Assembly: GCA_050951545.1 (NCBI GenBank) | Contig: JBMNJG010000011.1 | Coordinates: forward strand, 288,001 to 352,000 | Reading direction: 5' to 3' | From: Limnochordia bacterium | Lineage (GTDB): Bacteria; Bacillota; Limnochordia; DTU080 | DNA: 64,000 nucleotides | Shown here: positions 54,048 to 62,491 of the stretch, piece after piece | How positions within the stretch are numbered: the first letter of the stretch is position 1 | How the letters are laid out: each line of letters opens with the position of its first letter | Notes under the pieces: model-generated | What the model was told of the DNA's origin: nothing | The model's input: only the letters and a program-made list of their open reading frames with translations | Databases searched by the model: none | Program-made: the position numbers and the translations under genes

Positions 54048-55527
54048 TACACCGTTTGAGGTGATCGTGGGTCTCGAAGTTCACGCAGAACTGCTTACAG
54101 AGTCAAAGATATTCTGCGGTTGTTCGACGGCCTTTGGAGCCACGCCAAATACGCAGGTATGCCCTGTTTGCTTGGGCCTGCCAGGTACGTTACCAGTGCT
54201 CAACGAAAAGGCCGTTGAGTATGCCGCGAAAGCAGGTCTGGCTCTGGGGTGTGCCATTTCCTTGGTCAGCCGGTTCGATCGTAAGCAGTATTTCTATCCG
54301 GACCTTCCCAAGGCTTACCAGGTCTCGCAGTTTGATCGTCCCCTGTGTACAGACGGACGCGTGGAGTTCATGCTTGGCGGTGAGCTGCATGTAGTCAGGA
54401 TCATGCGGGTGCATATGGAAGAAGAGGCTGGTAAGTCTGTCCACTCCAGCGATAGCTTGCGCGACTCGCAGTACTCGCTTATCGACTACAATCGTGGTGG
54501 ACTAGCACTCATTGAGATCGTCACCCACCCCGACATGCATTCGGGTGACGAAGCCAGGCTCTTTATGGAGCGCCTGCACACTCTGCTGCGCTATATCGAG
54601 GTGTCAGATTGCAGGATGCAGGAAGGATCTCTGCGTTGCGATGCCAATGTCAACCTGAAGATCCTCTCCGGAGAGCAACCGATTCGTACCCCTATTGTGG
54701 AGATCAAGAATCTGAACTCCTTAAGAGCCTTGGAGCGAGCGATTGACTACGAGGCGCAGCGTCAGTACCATGAGTACCTTGATGGTTCGTGGCACCCCGG
54801 CATGCCATCTGGGAAGGTGACGGCGGGGTGGAATGATATCGAGAGTCGCACCTATGTGCAGCGTGAGAAAGAACACGCCGACGATTACCGTTACTTCCCT
54901 GACCCTGATATTCTACCGGTCGTAGTGCGCGAAGGGCAGGTAGAGGCGTGGCGCAGGCAGCTGCCCGAGCTGCCTGCAGCGCGCGAAGCTCGTTTCATAA
55001 GTGAGTATGACCTTCCCGCATATGATGCTGCAGTGCTTACAGCCTCTCGTCCCATCGCTGACTTCTTTGAGGCAGTGGTCGAGCAGTGTCATGACAGCAA
55101 GATGGTCAGTAACTGGATCATGGGCGAGTTGCTTCGGTTGCTCAAGGAGGCGGAAGACGACTCGGAGCATGCTCTTCTCTCGGCCCCCATCACCGCTGCA
55201 GGCTTGGCGCAGTTGCTGCTCATGGTCAAGGAGGGGCGCATTAACGCCAACAGCGGTAAAGAGGTCTTAGAGGTCATGTACCGCACTGGTCGTACGGCTG
55301 AGGACATTGTGCATGAACGTGGCCTAGAACAGATTAGCGACACCGATAAGCTAGATCGCTTAGTCGCAGAGGTCATCGACAAGCATCCTGAGGTGGTAAC
55401 TGAGATCAAGGGCGGGAAGGTAACGGCTATCGGCTTTCTCGTGGGTCAGGTGATGAAGGCGACCCGTGGTCAGGCCAATCCAAAATTGGTCAATCAGTCG
55501 TTGCGGGACCGACTGGGCGTGGATTAG
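54040..55527 (+). CDS. gatB: Asp/Glu-tRNA amidotransferase subunit B
   Basis: GLEVHAEL, YFYPDLPK, EEEAGK, LRCDANV, EIKNLNS, DYRYFPDPD, YqeY tail. Confidence 0.97.
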   Translation: MDDTPFEVIVGLEVHAELLTESKIFCGCSTAFGATPNTQVCPVCLGLPGTLPVLNEKAVEYAAKAGLALGCAISLVSRFDRKQYFYPDLPKAYQVSQFDRPLCTDGRVEFMLGGELHVVRIMRVHMEEEAGKSVHSSDSLRDSQYSLIDYNRGGLALIEIVTHPDMHSGDEARLFMERLHTLLRYIEVSDCRMQEGSLRCDANVNLKILSGEQPIRTPIVEIKNLNSLRALERAIDYEAQRQYHEYLDGSWHPGMPSGKVTAGWNDIESRTYVQREKEHADDYRYFPDPDILPVVVREGQVEAWRRQLPELPAAREARFISEYDLPAYDAAVLTASRPIADFFEAVVEQCHDSKMVSNWIMGELLRLLKEAEDDSEHALLSAPITAAGLAQLLLMVKEGRINANSGKEVLEVMYRTGRTAEDIVHERGLEQISDTDKLDRLVAEVIDKHPEVVTEIKGGKVTAIGFLVGQVMKATRGQANPKLVNQSLRDRLGVD

Positions 55528-55537
55528 GAGCTGGGGA

Positions 55538-56395
55538 ATGTATGGCGAGCTACTGCGGATAGGGCCCATTGCCCTCTATAAGTATGGGACCGCGTTGGCC
55601 GCGGCTTTTCTGGTTGGCGCATGTTTGGCGATGTCGGAGGCTCGGCGCCGCAGGCTGGACACGACAGTCATCGTTGAGCTAGTGGTGCATCTGATGGTGT
55701 TGGGCCTGATTAGCGGTAGAGTGGGCTACATCCTCCCAGACTTGGGTTTTTACCTAACCCATCCGAGTGAGTTTTTCAGGGTGTCGGCCGGTGGGCTGAG
55801 CTATGTTACCGCGTTTGTGGTGGCTGTTGGCTACACTCGTTTCTACGCGAAGCGTCGTGGGCTGCGTTTCTGGGAGCTGCTAGATATATTGGCTCCGGGT
55901 CTAGCCGCCGGGCTGATCATTGGGTCGCTAGGAGCCGTGGAGTGGCAGCCGGCGAAAGGCGCCGTGCATCTAGGCCCTATCTACTGGTCGCCACCGGTAC
56001 TGCTCTTTTTCACCATCGAATACGCTGGGTGTTGGTACATCATGGCGTCGCGACGTCGTCTGCCCGAAGGGCGACGCTTCTGCCAGATTGTGGCCGTGGA
56101 TGCTCTGGCTCGGATGCTGAGTAGTCTATGGGCCTGGATCCTCTATGAAGAGTTCTTGCCGCACGCTTTGTCGACGCTTGTGGGCGCGGTGTTTCTTGTT
56201 GGGGCGTTGGTGTTCGGGCAGATGCTCACCTTTCACCACAGCGGGTTACTGGAGAGTGCGGCGGCAGGTGAGATGACGCAGGCGCGGCGACCCCGCAAGC
56301 GGAGGCTGCCCGCGCGTCAGCGCGCAGTGCTTGCCGCCACTTGGCTAGGCTTTTATCTGCTTTTGGTCGGCTTGCTAGGTCGGACGCCGATGTAG
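55538..56395 (+). CDS. Lgt-like membrane protein (diverged prolipoprotein diacylglyceryl transferase)
   Basis: RIGPIALYKYG, GRVGYIL, GGLSY, LDILAPG match the Lgt N-half, but catalytic motifs are missing. Confidence 0.7.
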   Translation: MYGELLRIGPIALYKYGTALAAAFLVGACLAMSEARRRRLDTTVIVELVVHLMVLGLISGRVGYILPDLGFYLTHPSEFFRVSAGGLSYVTAFVVAVGYTRFYAKRRGLRFWELLDILAPGLAAGLIIGSLGAVEWQPAKGAVHLGPIYWSPPVLLFFTIEYAGCWYIMASRRRLPEGRRFCQIVAVDALARMLSSLWAWILYEEFLPHALSTLVGAVFLVGALVFGQMLTFHHSGLLESAAAGEMTQARRPRKRRLPARQRAVLAATWLGFYLLLVGLLGRTPM

Positions 56396-56402
56396 ATGCC
56401 AG

Positions 56403-56414
56403 CCCAGCTGCTTG
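56403..56414 (+). repeat. Left 12-bp direct repeat (candidate TSD/att core)
   Basis: CCCAGCTGCTTG, 7 bp after the lgt-like stop. Confidence 0.75.
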
Positions 56415-56462
56415 GGGGCCACGCAAGAAACTGCGGCAATCTTCCTGCGGTCGCTTGGGTTG

Positions 56463-56585
56463 GTGGTAAGAACCTAGCGATGCGGTCTTCGCGAAGCCCT
56501 TTTTGCTCATTTTGGTCGCCCGAAGGGCTTTTTTCACCGCCTAAGGGCACACTTTCCCGCCTTGATTTCGCTTCTGGGGCTACCG
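56463..56585 (+). repeat. Partial, diverged copy of the 406-bp unit
   Basis: GTGGTAA..AGCGATGCGGTCTTCGCGAAGCCCTTTTTGCTCATTTTG..CTTCTGGGGCTACCG; 472 bp upstream of the equivalent position in copy A. Confidence 0.9.
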
Positions 56586-56809
56586 TGGATACGCTTCACT
56601 TCGGCCCTACCAAAATGGCCTAGAAAGCTCACGGTAAGCTAGGCCGGTAAAACAGCGCGCTCACCAAAAACCTGCCATCGATCCAGGCCCCAAGCTGCGG
56701 GCCATGGATTCTGATGGACAACTCCTCCATGAGTTGCCCACAGACTCCACAGCCCCGACCAAAGACATCCATTGATTCATTTATTCGTTGTTTCTGGCTG
56801 TTATCTAGT

Positions 56810-57917
56810 TGGACACGCTCGCGAGACTGGCTCGGTAGTCGGACAGATGCACCCGGATTGGTACGTGAGTCGGGGCCAAGAATCCGACCGTGATGGCAAA
56901 ATAGCCGCCCCATCAACCCCTGGGCGCAATGTACGTGGTAAAAGTGCAGCGATGCGGCCTTCGCGAAGCCCTTTTTGCTCATTTTGATCGCCCGAAGGGC
57001 TCTTTTCCCCGCCAAGAGCACGCTTTCCCGTCTCATGGCCCTTCTGGAGCTACCGGGCAGTACATAACCGAACAGTGTCGATCGCCTTTTTCCACTCAGT
57101 CGATGGGGTCAGCTCCCCAGTGCGCGATCACAGCGGGCTCGCTCGGGTCCCTCTGCGAACCGACCCTTCGGTGTTAACCCGGTGGGTGTGTTTCGAAAAG
57201 GGTGGACGGACACCATGCACACCCTCGCGAGACTCGCTCGGTAGTCGGACAGATGCACCCGCATTGGTACGTGAGTCGGGGTCAAGAATCCGACCGTGAT
57301 GGCAAAAGAGCCGCCTCATTAACCCCCGGGGCCAATGTACGTGGTAAAAGTGCAGCGATGCGGCCTTCGCGAAGCCCTTTTGGTTGGTTTGGACGGCCTG
57401 AAGGGCTCTTTCCCCCCAAAAAGAGCGCGCTTTCCCGCCCTGGCGGCCCTTCTGGGGCTACCACGCAGCACATAACCGAACGGTAGTGACTGCCTTTTTC
57501 CACTCAGTCGATGGGGTCAGCTCCCCAGTGCGCGATCACAGCGGCTCGCTCGGGTCCCTCTGCGAACCGACCCTTCAGTGTTAACCCGGTCGGTGCATTT
57601 GGAAGAGAATGGACGGATCAATGGACACGCTCGCGAGACTGGCTCGGTAGTCGGACAGATGCACCCGGATTGGTACGTGAGTCGGGGCCAAGAATCCGAC
57701 CGTGATGGCAAAATAGCCGCCCCATCAACCCCTGGGCGCAATGTACGTGGTAAAAGTGCAGCGATGCGGCCTTCGCGAAGCCCTTTTTGCTCATTTTGAT
57801 CGCCCGAAGGGCTCTTTTCCCCGCAAAGAGCACGCTTTCCGGCCTTGATGCCTCTTCTGGAGCTGCCGGACGGTACATAACCCGACGGTGGTGGTACCTT
57901 TTTCCCACTCAGTCGAT
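56810..57917 (+). repeat. Tandem 406-bp non-coding repeat, ~2.7 copies (starts 56810, 57216, 57622)
   Basis: Marker GCGATGCGG at 56949, 57355, 57761. 56810-57012 is identical to 57622-57824. Confidence 0.97.
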
Positions 57918-58006
57918 GATCCGAGGGGGAAATGCTGTCGACTCCCGGTGGCCACTGGGTCTTAGCTGGCAATGCGCGCGCAGTCAGCGAAGAACTATTG
58001 TCTGTG

Positions 58007-58035
58007 GAAGGATTCTGGAGCCGAACATAGAATTC
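58007..58035 (+). promoter_or_regulatory. sigH-like promoter of the nuclease gene
   Basis: gaAGGAttc-...-ataGAATtc with a 17-bp AGGA-GAAT spacer. Confidence 0.5.
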
Positions 58036-58049
58036 AGCATTGAATCAAT

Positions 58050-58063
58050 CGAACACATGGTCG
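58050..58063 (+). promoter_or_regulatory. Putative LexA box
   Basis: CGAACACATGGTCG; one mismatch to CGAAC-RNRY-GTTCG, between the promoter and the RBS. Confidence 0.45.
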
Positions 58064-58081
58064 TTATGTGAGGTGAGGCCC

Positions 58082-59143
58082 TTGTACTCTCTCTATGTAG
58101 ATGAGGTGAACGTGCCGCTCTCACTGCTACTGACTCGCGAGCTAAAAGCCAGCGAGAAGATCGTTTGGATGGCCTTAACGATGGATGATCAGCTGGAGGA
58201 AAGTTTCCTTTTCTCGCCCAGCCGCCTGGGGCGGCGCACGGGTATGTCCCGGCCTACCGTTCGCAGGGCGACAGCCAAGTTAACCACCGAGGGCTGGTTT
58301 GCTCCACCGGCTAGGCGGGGACCTAGCCAGACCGCGGCACAGAAGCCATCCCCGGATAGGGTCTCCGTACCTGTGGAGTTAGTCATGGCTACTGAAATCC
58401 ATGCACAGGCCAAATTGGTTTATGCCCTACTGCTGTCCAAACCTACGGACCCACCTCGCAAAAGGCAGTTCACATACGCTGAGTTAGCCGGCCGGATGAG
58501 TCTGAGCCCCCAAACCATCAAACACGCGGCTCGTCAGTTGGCCAAGCATGGTTGGCTGGAGATGGAGCAGGCGCACAAGCGGGCACCGATTCGCTTCACT
58601 CTCCACAACCCGGTTGATAAGCGAAATGTAAAAGAAATACTAGACGTGCAGGATGAGCTCCACCGCGCTACGCACCTCGGAGAGGCTCTCATGCAGGCTA
58701 TCTTCTTGGCGCTTGTCGATTGCCTTGACTTCGACGACGGAATGCGCCCAGGTTTCATGAGGAACCCAGCAACTGGCAAGCGTCTGGAGGTCGATCTCTT
58801 CTATTACTTGCACAATACGGCCATGGAGTTCAATGGGGCGCAACACTACCGCGTCACGGAGCGGAATTCGGCTGAGCAGGTCCATAAGCAGCAATGCCGT
58901 GACCAGACCAAACAGCAGATCTGCGCTAAGAAGAAGATCAAGCTGATCGTGATTCAGGCTCACGAGCTGTCCTGCAAGATCATCAAGCGCAAGATTGACA
59001 GGCGGCTGCCATTCCGGCGCGGTCAGGACTTCAACCGGAAGCTCATCAACTATCTCGAGTGTAGATGCGGTGAATACCAGCAAAGAATAGATGAGCGCGG
59101 CTGGGGAACCGCCAGCCAATCTGAGAGAAAGCAAGACGAGTAG
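58082..59143 (+). CDS. Tandem winged-HTH + Vsr/DUF559-like endonuclease
   Basis: Two internally similar wHTH units; C-terminal GE..RPGFMRNPATGKRLEVD..AMEFNGAQHY..RDQTK..IKLIVI. TTG 58082 follows GAGGTG. Confidence 0.78.
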   Translation: MYSLYVDEVNVPLSLLLTRELKASEKIVWMALTMDDQLEESFLFSPSRLGRRTGMSRPTVRRATAKLTTEGWFAPPARRGPSQTAAQKPSPDRVSVPVELVMATEIHAQAKLVYALLLSKPTDPPRKRQFTYAELAGRMSLSPQTIKHAARQLAKHGWLEMEQAHKRAPIRFTLHNPVDKRNVKEILDVQDELHRATHLGEALMQAIFLALVDCLDFDDGMRPGFMRNPATGKRLEVDLFYYLHNTAMEFNGAQHYRVTERNSAEQVHKQQCRDQTKQQICAKKKIKLIVIQAHELSCKIIKRKIDRRLPFRRGQDFNRKLINYLECRCGEYQQRIDERGWGTASQSERKQDE

Positions 59144-59438
59144 TCACCTTGGGTCACCTTGTTCGTTTCGTCAGGGCTCACATCGCAGGAGGAGATGAAC
59201 CCTTTATCCGAGGCTGGAGGCCGCTGGCTACCCCATTGGCAGCGGATGCGTAGAAAGCGCCTGTAAGCAGGTTGTTGTTAGGCGCCACAAGCAATCTGGA
59301 ATGCGTTGGAGCCAACTTAGGGCACAGCAGATGCCAAACGTTGCAGCATACTCCCACGGTGAACAGTGGGACGATTTCTGGGAGAGGCCAGGGGCAGCAT
59401 GATTAGTAACGGGTGTTCGCCGCGATTTCACGTGTGCA

Positions 59439-59450
59439 CCCAGCTGCTTG
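59439..59450 (+). repeat. Right 12-bp direct repeat (candidate TSD/att core)
   Basis: CCCAGCTGCTTG, 7 bp before the valS -35 box. Confidence 0.75.
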
Positions 59451-59457
59451 CTTGTGC

Positions 59458-59486
59458 TTGACAGCCGGGAGGTTGAACTGTATGAT
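59458..59486 (+). promoter_or_regulatory. sigA promoter of valS leader
   Basis: TTGACA-17 bp-TATGAT. Confidence 0.8.
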
Positions 59487-59511
59487 GTGGAAAACTGGCT
59501 TATTGCACGGT

Positions 59512-59745
59512 GATGAAGGGGAGGAGTAACGGTTCAGCCCCGAAAAAAGAGAGGCTGCCCTTGGCTGGGAGGTAGCCCGGACGGACCGTGAATGTCGCCC
59601 TGGAGCAGCTTATCCCAAAATAGGCCGGGTGCGCCCGTTATCGCGTGTAGCAAGCGCCTTTGGTGCCCCCTTATGTGGTGTCAAAGGAACTAAGGTGGTA
59701 CCGCGCGAGTCTACGCGTCCTTATGGAGGACGCGTTTTTGTTTTT
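59512..59745 (+). ncRNA. T-box riboswitch (Val) upstream of valS
   Basis: AGTA, AGAGAG and GCTG stem-I motifs; GAA followed by GTC (59594-59596); T-box AAGGTGGTACCGCG (59692-59705); terminator ACGCGTCCT-tatgg-AGGACGCGT-TTTT. Confidence 0.93.
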
Positions 59746-59783
59746 AGCAGTTTGCGGATTAACCGAAGAGGAGGGAGCGCCGC

Positions 59784-62459
59784 ATGGCGCAACGCGTCTT
59801 TTCATCTACTGCAGCTGTGGAGCTACCCAAGGTGTATGATCCAAAGGCAGTGGAGAGCAAATGGTACAAGAGGTGGGAGGAGCGGGGCTACTTCCATGCC
59901 CAGGCTCGTCCCGGACGACCCAAGTTCAGCATGGTCATTCCGCCACCCAATGTGACGGGTTCATTGCACATGGGACATGCACTCAACAACACGTTGCAGG
60001 ATGTCTTACTGCGTTGGCACCGGATGATGGGCCATGACGCCCTTTGGGTTCCGGGCACGGATCACGCTGGAATTGCCACACAGATCAAAGTGGAGGAGCA
60101 CCTGCGCAAAGAAGAGGGTCTCACCCGTCACGATGTGGGGCGTGAGCGCTTCCTGGAGCGCGTCTGGGCCTGGAAAGAGCGATATCACGCAAACATTGTG
60201 GGCCAGCTGAAGACACTGGGTTGTGCGGTGGACTGGCAGCGAGAGCGCTTTACAATGGATGAGGGATGCTCCAAGGCGGTACGTGAGGTCTTCGTTCGGC
60301 TCTATGAGAGGGGCCTCATCTACCAGGGTAGCTACATCGTGAACTGGTGTCCGCACTGCCATACAACACTCTCTGACGTGGAAGTGGAGCATGAGGAAGT
60401 AGAGGGTCACCTGTGGTACATTCGCTATCCTATGGCTTCAGGTGAGGGGTATGCGATGGTTGCCACAACTCGTCCTGAGACCATGCTCGGCGATACGGCC
60501 ATAGCCGTGCATCCTGATGATGAACGCTATGCCGCTCAGGTGGGGCAGAGCGTTGTCTTGCCCCTGATGAATCGCGAGATACCGCTCATCGCAGATAGTT
60601 TCGTAGATCCGGCGTTCGGTACCGGCATGGTCAAGGTGACGCCAGCCCATGATCCGAATGACTGCGAGATGGGCGAACGCCACGGACTGGCCCGCATTCA
60701 GGTGATTGACGAAGATGGTTGTATGAACTCTGAAGCCGGGGCCTATGCTGGTCTGGAGCGCTATGCGTGTCGGGATAGCGTTGTTGCTGACCTGGAGAAG
60801 CAAGGCTTTCTGGTCAAGGTGGAGGATCATCTGCACGCAGTGGGTCACTGCTATCGCTGTGGCACGGTGGTAGAACCCCTGATCTCTAAGCAGTGGTTTG
60901 TCCGTATGAAGCCCTTGGCAGGTCCTGCTATCGAGGCGGTGCAGCGGGGCGACATCCGTTTTATCCCTGAGCGCTTTGCGAAGCAGTACCTGCACTGGAT
61001 GGAGAACACCCGAGACTGGTGTATCTCGCGCCAGTTGTGGTGGGGTCATCGCATTCCAGTTTGGACCTGTCAGGCTTGTGGAGAGCAGTTTGCTTCGAAA
61101 CACGACCCGGAGAAGTGCCCCGTATGTGCCGAAGCGCGACTAGAACAAGACCCGGATGTGCTCGATACCTGGTTTAGCTCTGCTCTCTGGCCTTTCTCAA
61201 CATTGGGGTGGCCGGACCAGACGGAAGACCTTGCCGATTTTTATCCTACTTCGGTCTTGGTTACGGCGTATGACATCATCACTTTCTGGGTGGCTCGCAT
61301 GATCTTTTCGGGTCTGGAGCACACAGGGCAAAAGCCCTTCCACGAGGTGCTGGTGCATGGGCTTGTGCGTGACGCATTGGGCCGAAAAATGAGTAAGTCG
61401 CTGGGCAATGGCGTAGATCCGCTCGAGGTGATCGACGAGAACGGCGCGGACGCGTTGCGCTTCACACTGCTTACGGGTGTGGCTCCGGGTAACGACACGC
61501 GCTATCATCCAGAGCGTACCGAAGCCAATCGGAACTATGCCAACAAGATCTGGAATGCCTCTCGCTTTGCTCTGATGAATATGCAGGATTTTCAACCAAC
61601 AGAGCAAGCCTTGACCGAGCTATCGCTCGAGCTTCCTGATCGCTGGATTCTGGCTCGCCTGAATTCGACAGTACGCGAAGTGAGCCGCCATCTGTCACGC
61701 TACGATTTCGGTGAGGGTGCACGGGCTCTGTACGACTTCATGTGGAGCGAAGTATGCGACTGGTATATCGAAGCTGTGAAACCGAGGCTGTACGGGCAGT
61801 ACGGTGCGGAGAGTCGCCGGACAGCTCAGAGCGTGCTTTGGCAGGTGCTTTTGCGCACTTTGGAGCTACTACACCCCTTCATGCCGTTTATCACGGAAGA
61901 GATATGGCAACACCTTCCTCATGAAGGCGAATCGATCATGCTAGCATCGTGGCCTGTCGAGGTTCCAGAGTGGGAAGATGGCGACGCGGTGGAGCAGATG
62001 GGGGTGGTGATGGACGTAGTGCGAGCCATCCGCAACATGCGCTCTGAGAAGACGGTGTCTCCCGAGAAGGCCATTCAGGCCATTCTCCATGCCGATGCGG
62101 GGAAGACCGCTATCTTGTCCGAAAACCGGGAGACAGTAATGCATTTGGCGCATCTGTCGGAGTTGGCGCTTGAGGGAGTGGATCATGCTAAGCCGGACCA
62201 AGCATTGGCGGCGGTGGCCGCGGGAGTTGAGGTATTCTTACCTCTAGCGGGCTTGGTTGACATTGACGAGGAGTTAGCTCGGCTACAGAAGGAGCTAGCA
62301 GAGGTTGATGAGCATCTGGCGCGTACTCGCGCTCGTCTCAGCAATCCGGGCTTTGTGAACAAGGCCCCTGCGCAGGTGGTGGAGGGTGCACGCCGCCAGC
62401 TAAGCGACTTGGAGGAGCGAAGAGCGAAACTGGCTGCAACGCTTGCCGATCTGCAGTGA
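59784..62459 (+). CDS. valS: Valine--tRNA ligase
   Basis: [39 protein letters not shown]-terminal coiled coil. Confidence 0.99.
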   Translation: MAQRVFSSTAAVELPKVYDPKAVESKWYKRWEERGYFHAQARPGRPKFSMVIPPPNVTGSLHMGHALNNTLQDVLLRWHRMMGHDALWVPGTDHAGIATQIKVEEHLRKEEGLTRHDVGRERFLERVWAWKERYHANIVGQLKTLGCAVDWQRERFTMDEGCSKAVREVFVRLYERGLIYQGSYIVNWCPHCHTTLSDVEVEHEEVEGHLWYIRYPMASGEGYAMVATTRPETMLGDTAIAVHPDDERYAAQVGQSVVLPLMNREIPLIADSFVDPAFGTGMVKVTPAHDPNDCEMGERHGLARIQVIDEDGCMNSEAGAYAGLERYACRDSVVADLEKQGFLVKVEDHLHAVGHCYRCGTVVEPLISKQWFVRMKPLAGPAIEAVQRGDIRFIPERFAKQYLHWMENTRDWCISRQLWWGHRIPVWTCQACGEQFASKHDPEKCPVCAEARLEQDPDVLDTWFSSALWPFSTLGWPDQTEDLADFYPTSVLVTAYDIITFWVARMIFSGLEHTGQKPFHEVLVHGLVRDALGRKMSKSLGNGVDPLEVIDENGADALRFTLLTGVAPGNDTRYHPERTEANRNYANKIWNASRFALMNMQDFQPTEQALTELSLELPDRWILARLNSTVREVSRHLSRYDFGEGARALYDFMWSEVCDWYIEAVKPRLYGQYGAESRRTAQSVLWQVLLRTLELLHPFMPFITEEIWQHLPHEGESIMLASWPVEVPEWEDGDAVEQMGVVMDVVRAIRNMRSEKTVSPEKAIQAILHADAGKTAILSENRETVMHLAHLSELALEGVDHAKPDQALAAVAAGVEVFLPLAGLVDIDEELARLQKELAEVDEHLARTRARLSNPGFVNKAPAQVVEGARRQLSDLEERRAKLAATLADLQ

Positions 62460-62491
62460 TCCGCGAATATGTGCGGGATGAGGGGTGATCT

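Larger units (their letters stand above)
56403..59450. mobile_element. Putative ~3.0-kb inserted element: 406-bp repeat array + HTH-endonuclease gene, bounded by 12-bp direct repeats
   Basis: CCCAGCTGCTTG at 56403-56414 and 59439-59450. Removing the element leaves 26 bp between the lgt-like stop and the valS -35 box. Confidence 0.7.

Noticed and set aside
56810-57917. CRISPR array
   Set aside because: Units are 406 bp and similar throughout; there is no short repeat/unique spacer alternation and no cas genes.
56396-58071. Short ORFs on both strands within the repeat array (e.g. MHPDWYVSRGQESD..)
   Set aside because: The 406-bp period shifts frame, ORF ends differ between copies, and there is no RBS or recognisable domain.
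59195-59266. 23-aa ORF MNPLSEAGGRWLPHWQRMRRKRL after AGGAGG
   Set aside because: The SD-like sequence is only 2 nt from the ATG; no other coding evidence.
59406-59419. LexA-like GTAACGGGTGTTCG near the element's right end
   Set aside because: Core mismatch, and valS is not a typical SOS gene; may be chance or part of the terminal repeat.
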